This document shows, in pieces, positions 23,032-35,702 of a stretch of DNA of 54,560 bases. Every line of letters begins with the position of its first letter. The first letter of the stretch is position 1. The translations under genes and the position numbers were made by a program. The notes under the pieces are model-generated. The model was not told the DNA's origin. It made no database searches and saw only the letters and a list, made by a program, of their open reading frames with translations. The stretch comes from Octopus bimaculoides (lineage: Eukaryota): positions 181,381,346 through 181,435,905 of the forward strand of contig NC_068982.1 of the NCBI RefSeq assembly GCF_001194135.2, given 5' to 3'.

Positions 23032-23034
<3 letters not shown>

Positions 23035-24224
23035 TATCAGTCAATCACACTCACTCACATGATTTTCCATTGATCAATTACGGATTGCATTTCTGATTTT
23101 ATAAATGATTTATTTCAGCACATCCTTTAATATCAGAAACAGCGGTTCGTAAATTAAAGATATGACAATGCATTATGGAATCTGTTGATTTCTCTGCAGC
23201 TTCCGTCATTCTACGCCACAAGCAAGAATAAAATGAGCTGGTTTATTTCAAAGGAAATCATTGCAAGTATTGCTATCATGCAATATTTTGATTAATTACT
23301 AGCACCACACAAATCGGAAAATGTTGAGTTAGTTTTTAAAATGTTAGAAAGACTGTCGTTTGGTATAATCAATTTTCATGATATGTATCTCTGTTTTAGT
23401 TCCTTCTTACAGTTTTTTGCTATGTCTATGTAATTACTCGGTTAATTATACATATAACATACATAAGTTATTTTTATTTTGAGTTGTTTTACTTCTTGCG
23501 TGCATCTATACGATGTACGAAACTAAGGAAACGCAACTTAGCCGTCGATGTCTTTGTGTAAGTTAGAAATGTGTGTTAGTGCATTTTTGATATGATAGAT
23601 TAGAGTAACAACCAGGAAATATGTTTTTAGCGTTTACGAATTGCTTATGATTTAAATGCTTGTTTATATCATTCATATATGTAAGGGCTCTTAAATAAAA
23701 GCTATTTTTCATTGCGCTGAAGGATTATTAATAGGCATGCATATATCACAAGTCAAATACATGTTATATCCACAGAGCATTTCACATTAATTATTTTTTA
23801 ATGTGAAACTCAATCGGAAAAAAATAATATGGCGATGTGGCATGTAGTTTCAATCCATGAAAAATTAAGACATCATATGAGTGCGTGTGTTTGCGGATGC
23901 ATGTGTCTGTGTGCGAATGTATATCTGTAAAATAACCTATAATAGTTAATTGTGCGTATAAGTGTCTATTATAAGGTACGATCGACAATTATGCCCCGAA
24001 TAGAAGAAATGCCTAAATCTCCAACATTATAAGAAGTGATGCAGTATTCACAAAAACAATTGTTTGTTATAGACAATGTACAAGTCGAGCTAATAAAAGA
24101 TTAATATAGGAAAAATTGACAATGGTTTCAAAGCATTTAGGAAATAGTTACATTATTAATGTAATTAATAGTACATTATTAATGTAATTAATTAATATAG
24201 CAAGTGGATCAAGATAGTAATATT

Positions 24225-24362
24225 TCATACTAATACATAGGGTAGATGACCTGGTAGTTCATACTTTAATTCATACTAATACAAGGAGTAGATGACCTGG
24301 TAGTTCATACTTTAATTCATACTAATACAAGGAGTAGATGACCTGGTAGTTCATACTTTAAT
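24225..24362. repeat. 46-bp minisatellite x3
   Basis: tcatactaatacaaggagtagatgacctggtagttcatactttaat at 24225, 24271 and 24317; copies 2 and 3 are identical. Confidence 0.95.
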
Positions 24363-24555
24363 GCAACAACGAAACGATAGGAGGAGCTAAGTAGTCCTTC
24401 ATGACTGTTCTTCACAAACAGGTACGAATTTGTCAGGGGAGTTCATATTAGACATAACATATAAGAGAATGAAAAATATGGTTAATTCTTTACAGCTGCT
24501 TCTCGAATTAGAAATTTATTAAATATGCTTATCATATTCGAAGGAATACCATATC

Positions 24556-24768
24556 ATGTACTTGTTTCAGTCATTAAACAGCGGCCATGGTGGGGCACAG
24601 TCCTGATAATTTTTAGTCGAATGAATCGTGTCAAGTATTTCTTTTCTTAAGCGTGGTACTTATTGCATCGGTTTCTTTTGCCGAGCCGCTACGCTACGGA
24701 AAGGTATACGTCCAATACCGGTTAGGCTGCAGTGAAGGACAAACACAGATATAAAAACACGCGCAGAC

Positions 24769-24770
<2 letters not shown>
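24556..24770 (-). mobile_element. SINE family A body/tail
   Basis: 'tacttgtttcagtcatt...cggccatggtgggg...gtacttattgcatcggtttcttttgccgagccgcta' matches 14487-14690. Confidence 0.7.
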
Positions 24771-24822
<52 letters not shown>

Positions 24823-25104
24823 CCAATATAAGAGTATCAGAGCGAACCGTTGATGCAAATATGAACTGCCAGTCTAATGTCTAAAACCACAAATATTTCG
24901 TAAGTTTTCACTTAAAACGTTTGCTTAAACCGTCGTTGTAAGCAATCACATTTGTTACAGAAACAATTATGACTGATAATTAAAGATGTGTTGAAATATT
25001 TCTGTGCCGTAGTACTTGAGATACACATAGTATGAAATTGTCAGTAGCTCATAAAAATGTTAAAAATGTATAGTGTTCATTAAATATTATATATATACAC
25101 ATGC

Positions 25105-25262
25105 CAAGCTTTTTTCAGTCTCTGTCTACCAAAACTCTTCCCAAGAATTTGATCGGCCCCAGGCTATAACACAAGACACTTGCACAAGTTGCTATGCTGT
25201 GAGACTGAACTCCAAACTATGTAGTTGGGAAGCAGACTTCTTACAACACACTAACGCCTGCA
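25105..25262 (-). mobile_element. SINE family A head
   Basis: 'ttttcagtctctgtctaccaaa...tttgatcggccccaggctataac.caagacacttgc...gagactgaactcc' matches 14790-14935. Confidence 0.7.
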
Positions 25263-25329
25263 CCCAGATATAGAGACGTGTTTTTTAATGAAGTGAATTG
25301 GGTAGCAAACGTTATAAATTGACATTTTG

Positions 25330-26400
25330 ACATAGTCCTCGTGCGATTAATACATGTTTGGTGTTCTAGGAACGAGGGACTCAAACTGATTATGATGAGG
25401 ATGACAGAATTGTTTGACGAGGTAGGTGTGCATAGAAATGCTCTTTAAGTAGCTCACTATACTTTTGTAGTTGAGGTAAAAATTGAAAATGTAAGAGAAG
25501 TCTGTAAAGCAAGACTATTGCGAGATGCGTAAATTGAAGTGCTTAACAATGAGAAGAATGGTTTAAGCTCAGATGAAGTGTAACATACCTTTATAATAAA
25601 TATATTACTGTTCGATATGTGGAAGTGTTATCCCACTGTGGGCTTCGGAGTGTGAAAGAAATTATTTAGGGTCACAGTACGTTTTCTCTGGAGGAAGAAA
25701 AGGATTTAGTAAAGAGCGGAAGCAAGATTGCGGGGAGTGATGATCAATGATTTTAAAGACTAATACTTAGTTTCCTTGATGGACTTAATGACAAGCTCGC
25801 CAAAGTTAGATATTTGCTTTACTGCACGCAATATTTGTATCTTTAGGCTGTTGAGTGTAAAGCACATCTTGAGTTCGTGTTGGAGAGTGCTTCTATATAT
25901 CTGTTCTAGTAACAGAATTAACTAGATATTTTCTATTTAACGGAATATCAAGAGGGGAGGACATATGTTATCATTTGGATATGAAGGTAGTTTATAAGAA
26001 ATATCGATAAACGTTTTGAAGAGATAGCGATCGAGTCTAAGTACTGCGATCAGATCGGTCCCTAGTTCTGATAACCGACGATATAGAAGTCTACACTACC
26101 CAATTTAAGAGTAATGAATACTGCGATGAACAATAGGTTAATTTCAGAATTAATTACAACCACCACCTGCATTACATATGGGTATAAATTTGGAGAATAT
26201 TGTAAGTAACGAAGTGATTCGGTTTTATGCCCAAAGCGTGGGAAACCGTAGACCATGTTTCCAACGATGTATATAGGAATACATGTCTTGGGAGATAAAT
26301 GCAGAGAGATAAATTGCATGAGGGAAATAACAAATAGTGACGAATGCTGCTACGTGTTGTAAGCACTTTTAAGAGTGTTAGATGAGACATTGTCAGGGAA
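25330..26400 (-). mobile_element. heavily decayed retroelement, probably the N-terminal region of a Penelope-like ORF
   Basis: The minus strand is C/A-rich like the other PLE remnants. Fragments such as LQHELKMCFT..PKDTNIACSKANI loosely recall the PLE 'L.xGLxFxPTP...KxDI' region. Many stops. Confidence 0.3.
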
Positions 26401-27094
26401 GATGGTCAATTGTATTTGCGATTGGATTTTCAAACTTTGGCACATATATAAATGTGAAGTGCGAGTCTGTAGATAAATTAACGTGAAAATCATGTCCGGT
26501 TACAAAGTTTATTGGAATGTTCCTGAGGCCGCCATGAAGAAGCAATCAATAGTTCCAACAATAATTGCTCTTCTACATACATCATCAAATTGCCTTTAAA
26601 TCCGAATTGGGTCGTTCAGGATTTACTATGTAGTGTCATAAACGAAATTTATATGAGAACTATTATTAGAACTATATGTAATGAATAATATCCTAATACA
26701 TTTTTAGGCAGTTCATTGATTTCAATCCAAAGTGAGAATCTATGTTTGAACATTACAGTTGATCCTTCCACGATGATTTCAGTAGTGCAATTTGTATATA
26801 TTTAAATCACGAACATGATTAATTTACTAGTTGTTACTTAAAGAATTATATATATATACGCTCCACTACCATAAAAAATCTCAATCATATAATTTGGAGA
26901 AAACCAATTTTACAATAACCTTTAGTAATAGTATATTTTACAGAACCGCAACTGTAGGTTAGTCTGGATAATGACGTCACACGCTAAGAGCAGACTAATG
27001 ACATTATAATAACCACAGTCTAATAAGAAATAACTAATTTGACACAATATACTTCATGATTATGCAATGAAAATATATTCATTATAACGAGTAG

Positions 27095-27300
27095 AGGCCT
27101 ATTACCTACAGACATGTGATAGATATTTAGTCATCAAATACTAACATTATCTTCATTGACTATGTGTAACTATACTTTAAAATATGGTAGGCCTATTACC
27201 TACGGACATATAATAGATATGTATTCATCAAATACTAACATTATCTTCATTGACTATGTGTAACTATACTTAATGTGTAACTATACTTTAAAATATGGTA
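27095..27300. repeat. 94-bp tandem duplication with a nested 16-bp duplication
   Basis: 'aggcctattacctac...tgtgtaactatactttaaaatatggt' at 27095 and 27189; the second copy repeats 'atgtgtaactatact'. Confidence 0.9.
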
Positions 27301-27408
27301 AATATAAATTTTACTTTAGGGATTCTAGCCTGTGAATATCTTGACAACAATAAGAATTCTCAATGATTAACAAAATTAAATGAAATAAAAATTGCTGAAA
27401 CACCTTAG

Positions 27409-27537
27409 ATGAATACAAACAAATTAAGACAGATGATCTAGAGGTATCCCTTCTATCTCTTCGGAAAACAGCCAACCAAAACTTAGCAACTTTCCTCAGC
27501 TGTTCCCAACTCAGAGAACTGAGATCATATTTTTATG
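27409..27537 (+). CDS. candidate internal exon (129 nt, phase 1-1), plus-strand gene
   Basis: caccttag| ... ATG|gtaatt, with 43 open codons: (D)EYKQIKTDDLEVSLLSLRKTANQNLATFLSCSQLRELRSYFY. Locally GC-richer than the flank. Confidence 0.25.
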
Positions 27538-27937
27538 GTAATTGAAATTTTCAACAGCTCATTGAACATTCATAATACAAATACTCCTTTTAGGAAAACA
27601 TTTTTTCAGTAAATTCTTTCAGACATCAGCAGAACAATTGTTTTGTATGCAGACTATTGTGATTTTTATGCGCTTATTTGCATATGTAATATAATGTATT
27701 ACTATATTTAAATTGATGTGCTAGCGTCAAATAATTACCATGTAAACTAAAATTCGTCAAATCGAATCATTTAGAATTCAATAGAAATTCATTTCTAAAA
27801 ATATCGGAATCAAAATATTCTTAAGCTCATGCACTATCTTTTAAAATTCATTACTTAAATCAATTATATTTCAAACCAACAGTGTATTTTTAGTTCTCAT
27901 TGATTTATGAGTCTATGAGATACATCCGATTACATGC

Positions 27938-27939
<2 letters not shown>

Positions 27940-27997
<58 letters not shown>

Positions 27998-28003
27998 ATG
28001 TAT

Positions 28004-28050
<47 letters not shown>

Positions 28051-28080
28051 AGTGTGTGTGTGTGTGTGTGTGTGTGTATG
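27940..28080. repeat. compound (AT)n(GT)n(AC)n(AT)n(GT)n microsatellite
   Basis: Direct reading of the sequence. Confidence 0.95.
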
Positions 28081-30546
28081 TACGTGAGGTTGAACAAACT
28101 CATACATTGCATTTTTACTTGAAAATGGAACTGAAATTATATACAAATAAACTCTTATTGTGTGAAGGCAAAGTGCCACATTAATATTATGAAAATGGGG
28201 ATAACAAATATTCGAATTATTAGTGCATGTGTAATGAAGTTGTAGATCAATAAAAATAATAAAACAAACAGCTTAATAGTGATTTAAGATACTATATTCT
28301 GGAGATTTTAATAACAATTTGAAGAATGTATTCGACAGCGATTCTAGGATTGAAATTTAAAATCATAAACTAATATCTTTCTAAAATGAGATATTTCTAC
28401 ACAAAAGAAAAGAATACTCATTCCAGCTATGTTATAAATAAATTAGCGAAAATTTCTTGACACATAATAATTGAATATATTGAGGTATTTTCTCTCCCTC
28501 CCCCCGCCAAATAATATTCAATTAACAGAATCAATGTTCTAGATGCATTTTAATACAATCAACTTTTCAACTGATTGTAAAATGAGTATCTCTCTTTAAT
28601 AGAGTTTTTAATTATTTTCGGATTTAGCGTGTTTTCAATTTTCATGTGTCAATAATTGTTTTATAAATTTTCGTTCATTGAACGATAGTAGAACGGATAA
28701 CAAATGCCATGTCACGTTAATGATAATTCTTGCACCGATCTTTTACATGCGGTTTGGCTGATATTGTTAATGTTGTTCCAAACAAGGTCATTTACTGTCG
28801 ACAAGATTTACGATCAAATTTTGAGTATACGATACAGATTGTCGAAAATGATATTTCTCAATATATGTTTCTTGTGCTTTAGAAATTCAAAAAGGTATTA
28901 ACTGACAAATAAATTTAGAATACCAAAAGGCTGCACAGTGGCATGCGTATACTGCATATACACATATGTTCATAAATACAAAGTTGTGTTTGTATATATT
29001 TACACACACACACACACATAAGTATATGTATGCATGTAATAAAATCAAAAATATAAATGTACATGCAGAATATATAGCAGAATAATCAAGAAGATTGTGT
29101 GTGAGTTTATGTGTGTGTGAGTGTGTAAATGTGTGTTTGTGTGAACATGTGTGTTCGGCTGTTTATGCGTTTGTGTTGTGTAAAAAAATGCATAAATTGA
29201 GCAGAACAAGATCAACACAGTTTAATAACATAGTATTATTTCACGCTTGTAAGATGCCAAGGAGTTGGTGTTTCTAATGCTAGTCTTTCTTAAGAAAAGA
29301 AGTACAGGGATTGAAACGGAGAGGGAGAGATATACTGAATGCTAAAGATGAATATTATTAAAAGTGAATAGTGTGTTTATTGTCATGTTTTGCATAATTC
29401 CGTAATGCATATATTATATGTCCGAGAATCATCAGCATTTCGTAAAGAGATTCTCGTAAAGTCGGTCAAACTCTGTGTAGCAGATCACCTCGTCATATAC
29501 CATAGATCACCTTAGGGATCTTAAAAGTGGTACCATCCATCATCATAATTTGAATCTTCTGATGATTTTACTCTATGGTAATTACTTGTCGACGCAAAAC
29601 ATAAGTAATTTTCTGTACTACAAATAAAAATAAAATTTTAAAAAAAGTCAACCATTATCCCTTCAATATAAGCACGTTAATTAAAAAAATTTCGCTCCGA
29701 ACAGAGAGCGTAATTTTTAGAAAATTGGAATTGCTCACTAAATAGAGAACAATAATGTGACTAACATGTATGCTGCTCAAAACCATTATATTTGACAATC
29801 TGGAGAGACTCTCGTCTGCATTATTTTTTGTCTCATTACTCTGTCAAAAGCTGGATATTTCATACATGAAATGCCACATATTAGAAGGCCAGTTGAATAT
29901 GCTATTTACCAGATTCCACTCATATACTGCTGCGCTGACAATACATCTTGAATTAAAGCACAATGGTATTTTTTCACTTGGTTGTTTTTTAAAAATATAA
30001 TGCGATACACATCTCAAAAAAAAAAAAAACCTTTAAAATAAAATCTGGTTTATGTGGTAATTTAAGGGGCCATGTTAAAAATGCTATCTTATAGAAATAA
30101 GATAGCATTTTTATAGAAATTATTTTCTATTTTATAGAAAATTGGCTGCAATTGTGCAATAATTATAAGATGGTTACGCTCGAAATGTAGTGGATATATG
30201 AAATACGAAAAGTAAAAAATATGAAAATATCGTATTAGAATACGACCATTATAGATTTTAAATAGATGGACACGTTTGGAATTCTCTATTCAACGTAAGG
30301 AGACAAAATGCTACAGAAGCATTCAAACGGATGTGATTTTATTTTCTTGATTATGCAATTCTACTGCGAAAATATTATATCTGGTATTTTTATTTAGTAA
30401 TTTGTGAATTTGGATTTACCATGATATCGGGAAATCATATTTTAACTTAGTTTAGTTATATTAAGTAGTTCCTTAACTATTGTCTCCAGCCAGTTGTATC
30501 AAAATATATATAATGTAGACAACTGCGTAATGTTACTTAACATATA

Positions 30547-31320
30547 TACCGGGTGCGGTGAATGACCTGCGTCTAAATTACACAAAACTGAAAATAACAC
30601 TGACATCACATTTTAACAGATATACTCACCAAAATTACATAAAAATATCTTGAAATACTAATGAGTAAATTTGTTCACGAAAATCGTCACAGACTCCTGA
30701 CGACTTTGGAATCCCCTGCAGCTCTTATGAATGGTCTCCCTGGTTAAGTTGGTGAATGCTGCCATAATTATTGCTTTCTCTTCATCTTTGATGTTAAAGG
30801 AATTTTGTTGGTCTCTCGTTCAACTGCGCCCCCCAAAAATAATTAAGGGGTTTGCATTGTGGGAAGTTGGGTGCCCAGATATTAGGAATGATGTAGTCGC
30901 AGAAATTGTCTGACAGTCATGACTGGGTTCTCCTGCTTGTGCGGCATGGTGCAGAGTGTTGTTGTCTGATATAGGGTTTTCTGGCAACCACTATTGTGAC
31001 CCAGAGCAGCATTATCCTTCAAAGCACTTGGTGTAGGCTTTCTTGTTAGTGTGAGGCCGTATGGGAAAATGAACGGAGACATAACGTCGCTATCACTAGT
31101 CTTCCCTCCAAGCACCATGATGTTGCGTGTATGCTTTATTTTTATCACCCGCGGTACATGTCCTCAGATTGCACTGTCCTCATATTGAGACCCAAACACA
31201 CTGAAATGTTCATATTGGAGATTCCGGGGCGAATGCCATGCAGTACAACATGTTTCCAAATTTCTGGCAGACTGAACTGCGTCATGGTGCTGTTTTTCTT
31301 ACAGACAGTGCCCTACTGAC
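30547..31320 (-). mobile_element. Tc1/mariner DD37D (maT-like) transposon 3' remnant with TIR
   Basis: Minus fragments: KHTRNIMVLGGKTSDSDVMSPFIFPYGL; QHSAPCRTSRRTQS*LSDNFCDYIIPNIWAPNFPQCKPLNY (QQDxAPxH and WPPNSPDLNPLDY motifs); GAVERETNK; IMAAFTNLTRETIHKSCRGFQSR. The terminus TA|CCGGGTGCGGTG at 30547-30560 is CAGGGTG-type. Confidence 0.85.
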
Positions 31321-32435
31321 GCTACCATATTGTAAACCCGATAAAATAAATAAACAAAAACAATTCGCAATCAGCGAAATCAAAAATATAAAATAGCCAC
31401 AATTTACTCCCGCATCCTCTAGATATAGTTCTTAGTAACCCTCAAATACATAAATATTGCCTTATCAGCAATGGAATTAATGACGGTATTTTCGGAACAT
31501 TAACACAAAAATCCCTCTAGTATCTTATCTTAACTTATTTCTATCTCTCTCTCATTCTCTGTCTTTCTCTCTTTCCTTCTTCTTCTCTCTCACGTTCTCT
31601 CTCTCTCTCTTTCTCTCTTTCACTCCTCTTCATCGCATTGCTTAACCAGCTTCCGCTTCTCTATCAAATATTTATTCAGCCTCAGACACCATTCCACCTT
31701 TCCCACAACACCTTGATCACAGGCTCGGTGCTCCTAATGCAAGTCTGGATCTAAATTAGTGTTTGTTCTTTTCTCTTTCGTTTCAATTCCAAGTAATTAC
31801 GTATATTCTAAACTCATAAACAGGCTCTCAGTCAAGTTGTATTTTAATTAAATTAACTAAATGAAAAACCTCTAACTGTTTACTTATTATTCTTGTAAGT
31901 TTGATCTACGCCACCATTCTATCTAAACAAAGAAGTATGTTTTAATCTAAGTTCGAAACACGCCCGTAATTGACCGTGGTCTTCTTGATTCATCATTTTT
32001 CTTTTGCCTACATTGAAAGTGTTTCATTGTCTTGGAGATTTTATGGTAGGAGAACATACATCAGTGTCTATTTCTAATTCAGTAAGTGGCGAGGCATTTA
32101 GCTGAACACCTATTATAATTATATATATAGTTTTAGAATATTTTTTTAATAATTTACCTAATAGTTTTTGGGTAAAATTATTTCTAATATTACTCTATAT
32201 TATTATAAAAAAAACGAAGGGTAATCTTTTATATTTGTCTTTTTATATTCTTAGAATAACCCTCTTCTTTCAAAATTATGTTTTGTGCTAAAATCTGAAA
32301 TAATAGGTGAAGTTAATTTGTTGACAACAAACATAAATTCGCTTTGCATATTCTATGTAATATTTAATGTGAAGTACAATTTAATAATATTTTCTACTAT
32401 TTAATGTGAAATACAATTTAATAATTTTTTTCTGC

Positions 32436-32612
32436 TATAGGCACAGGGCTTGAAATTTTGTGGAAGGGGACTAGTGTTTCATTGGCACTTAATTTATCGA
32501 CTCCGGAGATATGAAGATCGACCTTTGCGGAATTTGACTCAGTACGTAGCGATAGTCGAAATACCACTAGACATTTTGTCCGGCGTGCTAATAATTCTGC
32601 AAGCTTCCTGCC
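32436..32612 (-). mobile_element. tRNA-derived SINE family B
   Basis: 'gatatgaagatcgacctttgcggaatttgactcag...acattttgtccggcgtgctaataattctgc' is a homologue of 21055-21262. Confidence 0.7.
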
Positions 32613-32629
32613 GTAACCCTTATCATCGA

Positions 32630-33050
32630 TAATAGCACCATCATACATATTATTACCACTACCACCACCACTACTACTTTCTCTGTCACTGTTAACAGTA
32701 TTTCCACTACCACTTCCACCAGTACAATCATCACTAGTACTTTTTGTTATTGCTATTTTTAAAACCGCCACCACGCCTTAGTGATTAGGTTGGGTCTGTG
32801 TTTACATGAATGTTACTTTTGTGGCTACTGCTATGATGGTGCCACTGTTATTTGTGTTACTAGAAAGAGATATAACAATGTTATTGGTCTTATCATTGTT
32901 CTCAATGATATTTCTGTTATCCATGTTTTCTTTTGTTGTTGAAGTCAGTGTAGTGGCGGTGGTTATTGCTGTTGCAGTGGTTATGTTTGCATTTTTTTCT
33001 TTTTGCCGTTGTTAATGTTGTTGGATTCTACATGTGTTATTCTGGTTGTT
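32630..33050. repeat. cryptic trinucleotide low-complexity region (CAC/TAC then TGT/TGG/TGC)
   Basis: Direct reading; it produces the spurious Val/Ser/Gly-rich ORFs in the track. Confidence 0.8.
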
Positions 33051-34769
33051 TCAGTTATATATATTTTCATTGAAGTTGGTGTTATAACTTCTAGTTTCTA
33101 TCTGATATTAGTGAATAGCTTTCCAAATTTAGATAGACAATGTTACTTATTTTCTAAAACGTTACGTATTTTGCAATTCATATCAAGAGAGTCGTTTAAC
33201 TTACATCCCGTTGTACAGTGTCATATTTTGTGATGGTGTTGTTCGACTGTTTGTTATGTTAAAGACGTTTTATAATCCAGGCCCGTGTACTTCCCAGAGT
33301 ACAGTCGAAGATAATAATTCTATCAATGTTATCGGGATATCTTTTTTTTAATTATGCTAAGCTATGACTATTGTTGTTTCTTTCACTTTAATTTGCTGTT
33401 AGATTCTGTATTATAGGCATAGGGTATGTATAAATATACTTGTTGAATGTCTTCCATAATCTTTGCTTTGTACAGTGGTGTGAAAATGTTTCCAATTTCT
33501 TACAGTATGTTCATTTATCTTTTCATTCTGGTGGATTTGTATATATTTCCTTACTGATATTTTGTAGTGTTGTGCGCTTTAATTTTCCAGATTCATACCA
33601 TGATGTTGAGTTTTATTACAGCGGAATTTATGGAATTCATATGTAGCTTAGTGCTTATGAATTCTTATGAAGCGATGTTGTTGAGTGCTTATTCTAATCT
33701 TGAAACACGATCATGATGTTTGGGTGAAGCTAAGAATATTTTGTATTTTATAATGGCTGACAAACAGGTCTAGAGCAGATCAGAGCACGATAGAACTCTG
33801 ATGCAACTAGCTGACTAACTAACCGAACAATTTATCAAGAAATCCATTAGTTAATAGATGAAATTGGTGGCGAACTGACGAAATGCAACAAAACAAGTGA
33901 TAGAGAACCAGTGCATATATTTATTATTGATATAATGATACTGCCAATATACAAACATTGTTCTGCTGCACTGCTGTGGAGGATTCCCATTACAAAAAAT
34001 AATTAGGGATCATTTACTTTAATATGCGCATGTGATGTGGTACACTATTTGGAAAAAAAAAACATGTAAAATTGTGTTTACAGTCTTTGTAAATAATTTT
34101 TCATCGTTGACAACATTATCGGTTGGTGCAATATTGCTCTATCGCAAGAATTTGTAACTGGAGTAGATATGAGGAATATTGGGAAAGCCATCAAGATTTA
34201 ATTGGAGATTTGATGATATCAATCCTGTAATCCAATTTAACTTGTGAAGGTAAATTGTAATGCTTGGAACCGGTTTATATTTCTTAACTTGGATCACCAA
34301 ATGTGACAATTTAATGGAGATTCTTGCATGTTTAGACCTTTGAAATGACAGGAAATATGTGACGATTGGACTAATTTTACTTAATCGAAAATTTTATTAC
34401 TTATTCTGGTATCACTAGCTAAACCTCAAAAGCCCGCACCCAGTGTGCGTGTGTATGTTTGTGTATGTGTGTATTGTGTGCTTGTGTATGTGTGTATGTG
34501 TGTATTTGTGTGTTTGTGTATCTACGCGTGCGTGAGAGAGAGACAGAAGTGAGAGAGAGAGAGAAAGTGTGTGCGTGTGTGTGTGTGTGTGTATGTGTGT
34601 GTAAGAGTGAGTTTTGCATGTGCGTTTATGTTGCGTATTTGGCTCTGTATTCATGCGCCTGAATTCATTCACAGAACCTTAGCTTAAGGTTTCTCACTGC
34701 AGCGAAGTAAAGCAACTATGATGTAGACTATATGAACAGGTTTCAGATAAAATCAGAGATAAATGTTGT

Positions 34770-34945
34770 CGGTGGGCGAGGCTAGTCAATTGCAACGGCC
34801 TTAGTGTTCAAATGGTACTTATTTTATCGACCCCGAACGGATGAAAGGCAAAGTCGACCTCCGCGCAATTTGGACTCAGAACCCCAAAGGTGAAAGAAAT
34901 GCCATGCCGCTACGCATGTTTCCCAGTGTGCTAACGATTCTTTCC
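34770..34945 (-). mobile_element. tRNA-derived SINE family B
   Basis: 'ggtacttattttatcgaccccgaacggatgaaaggcaaagtcgacctccgcgcaatttggactcagaac...gtgctaacgattct'. Confidence 0.85.
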
Positions 34946-35027
34946 ATTCAATTTTTCTCATCCTGTTCCTTCAGTTTTCTCCTTTACCCAATTCTACTTT
35001 CTTTCACTTTTTCCTCTTCCCTTCATT

Positions 35028-35250
35028 CTACGGCCTTGTGTAAGGTGGTGCACTGTGAGAATCGTTGGCACGCTGGACAAAATGATAAACGGTTCGTCCG
35101 TCTTTACGTTCTGAATTCAAATTCCACCGAGGTCACCTTTGTTTTTCATCTATTCGGAATCGGTAAAATAGGTATCATTCAAGTACTGCGGTCGAAGTAA
35201 TTGGCCTGTCACATACAGTTGAAAACAGATGGCCCTATGCCAAAATTAGA
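35028..35250 (+). mobile_element. tRNA-derived SINE family B, inverted relative to 34770-34945
   Basis: 'gaatcgttggcacgctggacaaaatg...ctttacgttctgaattcaaattccaccgaggtcacctttgtttttcatc'. Confidence 0.8.
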
Positions 35251-35702
35251 ATAGCAGTAATAGTAGTAGCAATAGTTGTTATTCTTATAGTATTATTCTC
35301 GACAGTGGCAGTAGCGGTAGTGGTAGAGTTCGTTGTTTTTGTAGCAATGATGTGGAGACAGTTTTAGCTGAAAAATCTTTATTATTGTCTTTGTCAATTT
35401 TGTAGTTGTTAATATCATTATAATTACTAGTATTGTTATTACATATATGTAAAAGTTTACTACTACCACCATGACTGCTACTTCTCTTTCGGATACTACT
35501 ACTGCATCTACCGGTAGCACTGCCGCTTCTGCCAACACCACTGTTACTACAACTACCATTCATAACCGACCAGAATGAGCACCCAATCAGAACGACTGAC
35601 CGTAGATAACAAAAACAAATCAACAGTATAGGAAATATCCCACCATGTATATAAATCGTGATATAAAAATGGAATCAGAAACAGCACATATTTGTCACTC
35701 AC

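Noticed and set aside
24225-24362. CRISPR-like array (also considered for 40386-40465 and 44540-44581)
   Set aside because: The units are contiguous with no unique spacers, there are no cas genes, and the context is eukaryotic.
35285-35623. Ser/Val/Asn-rich ORFs, also 32418-33015 and their copies at 50569-51118
   Set aside because: They are translations of trinucleotide low-complexity tracts.
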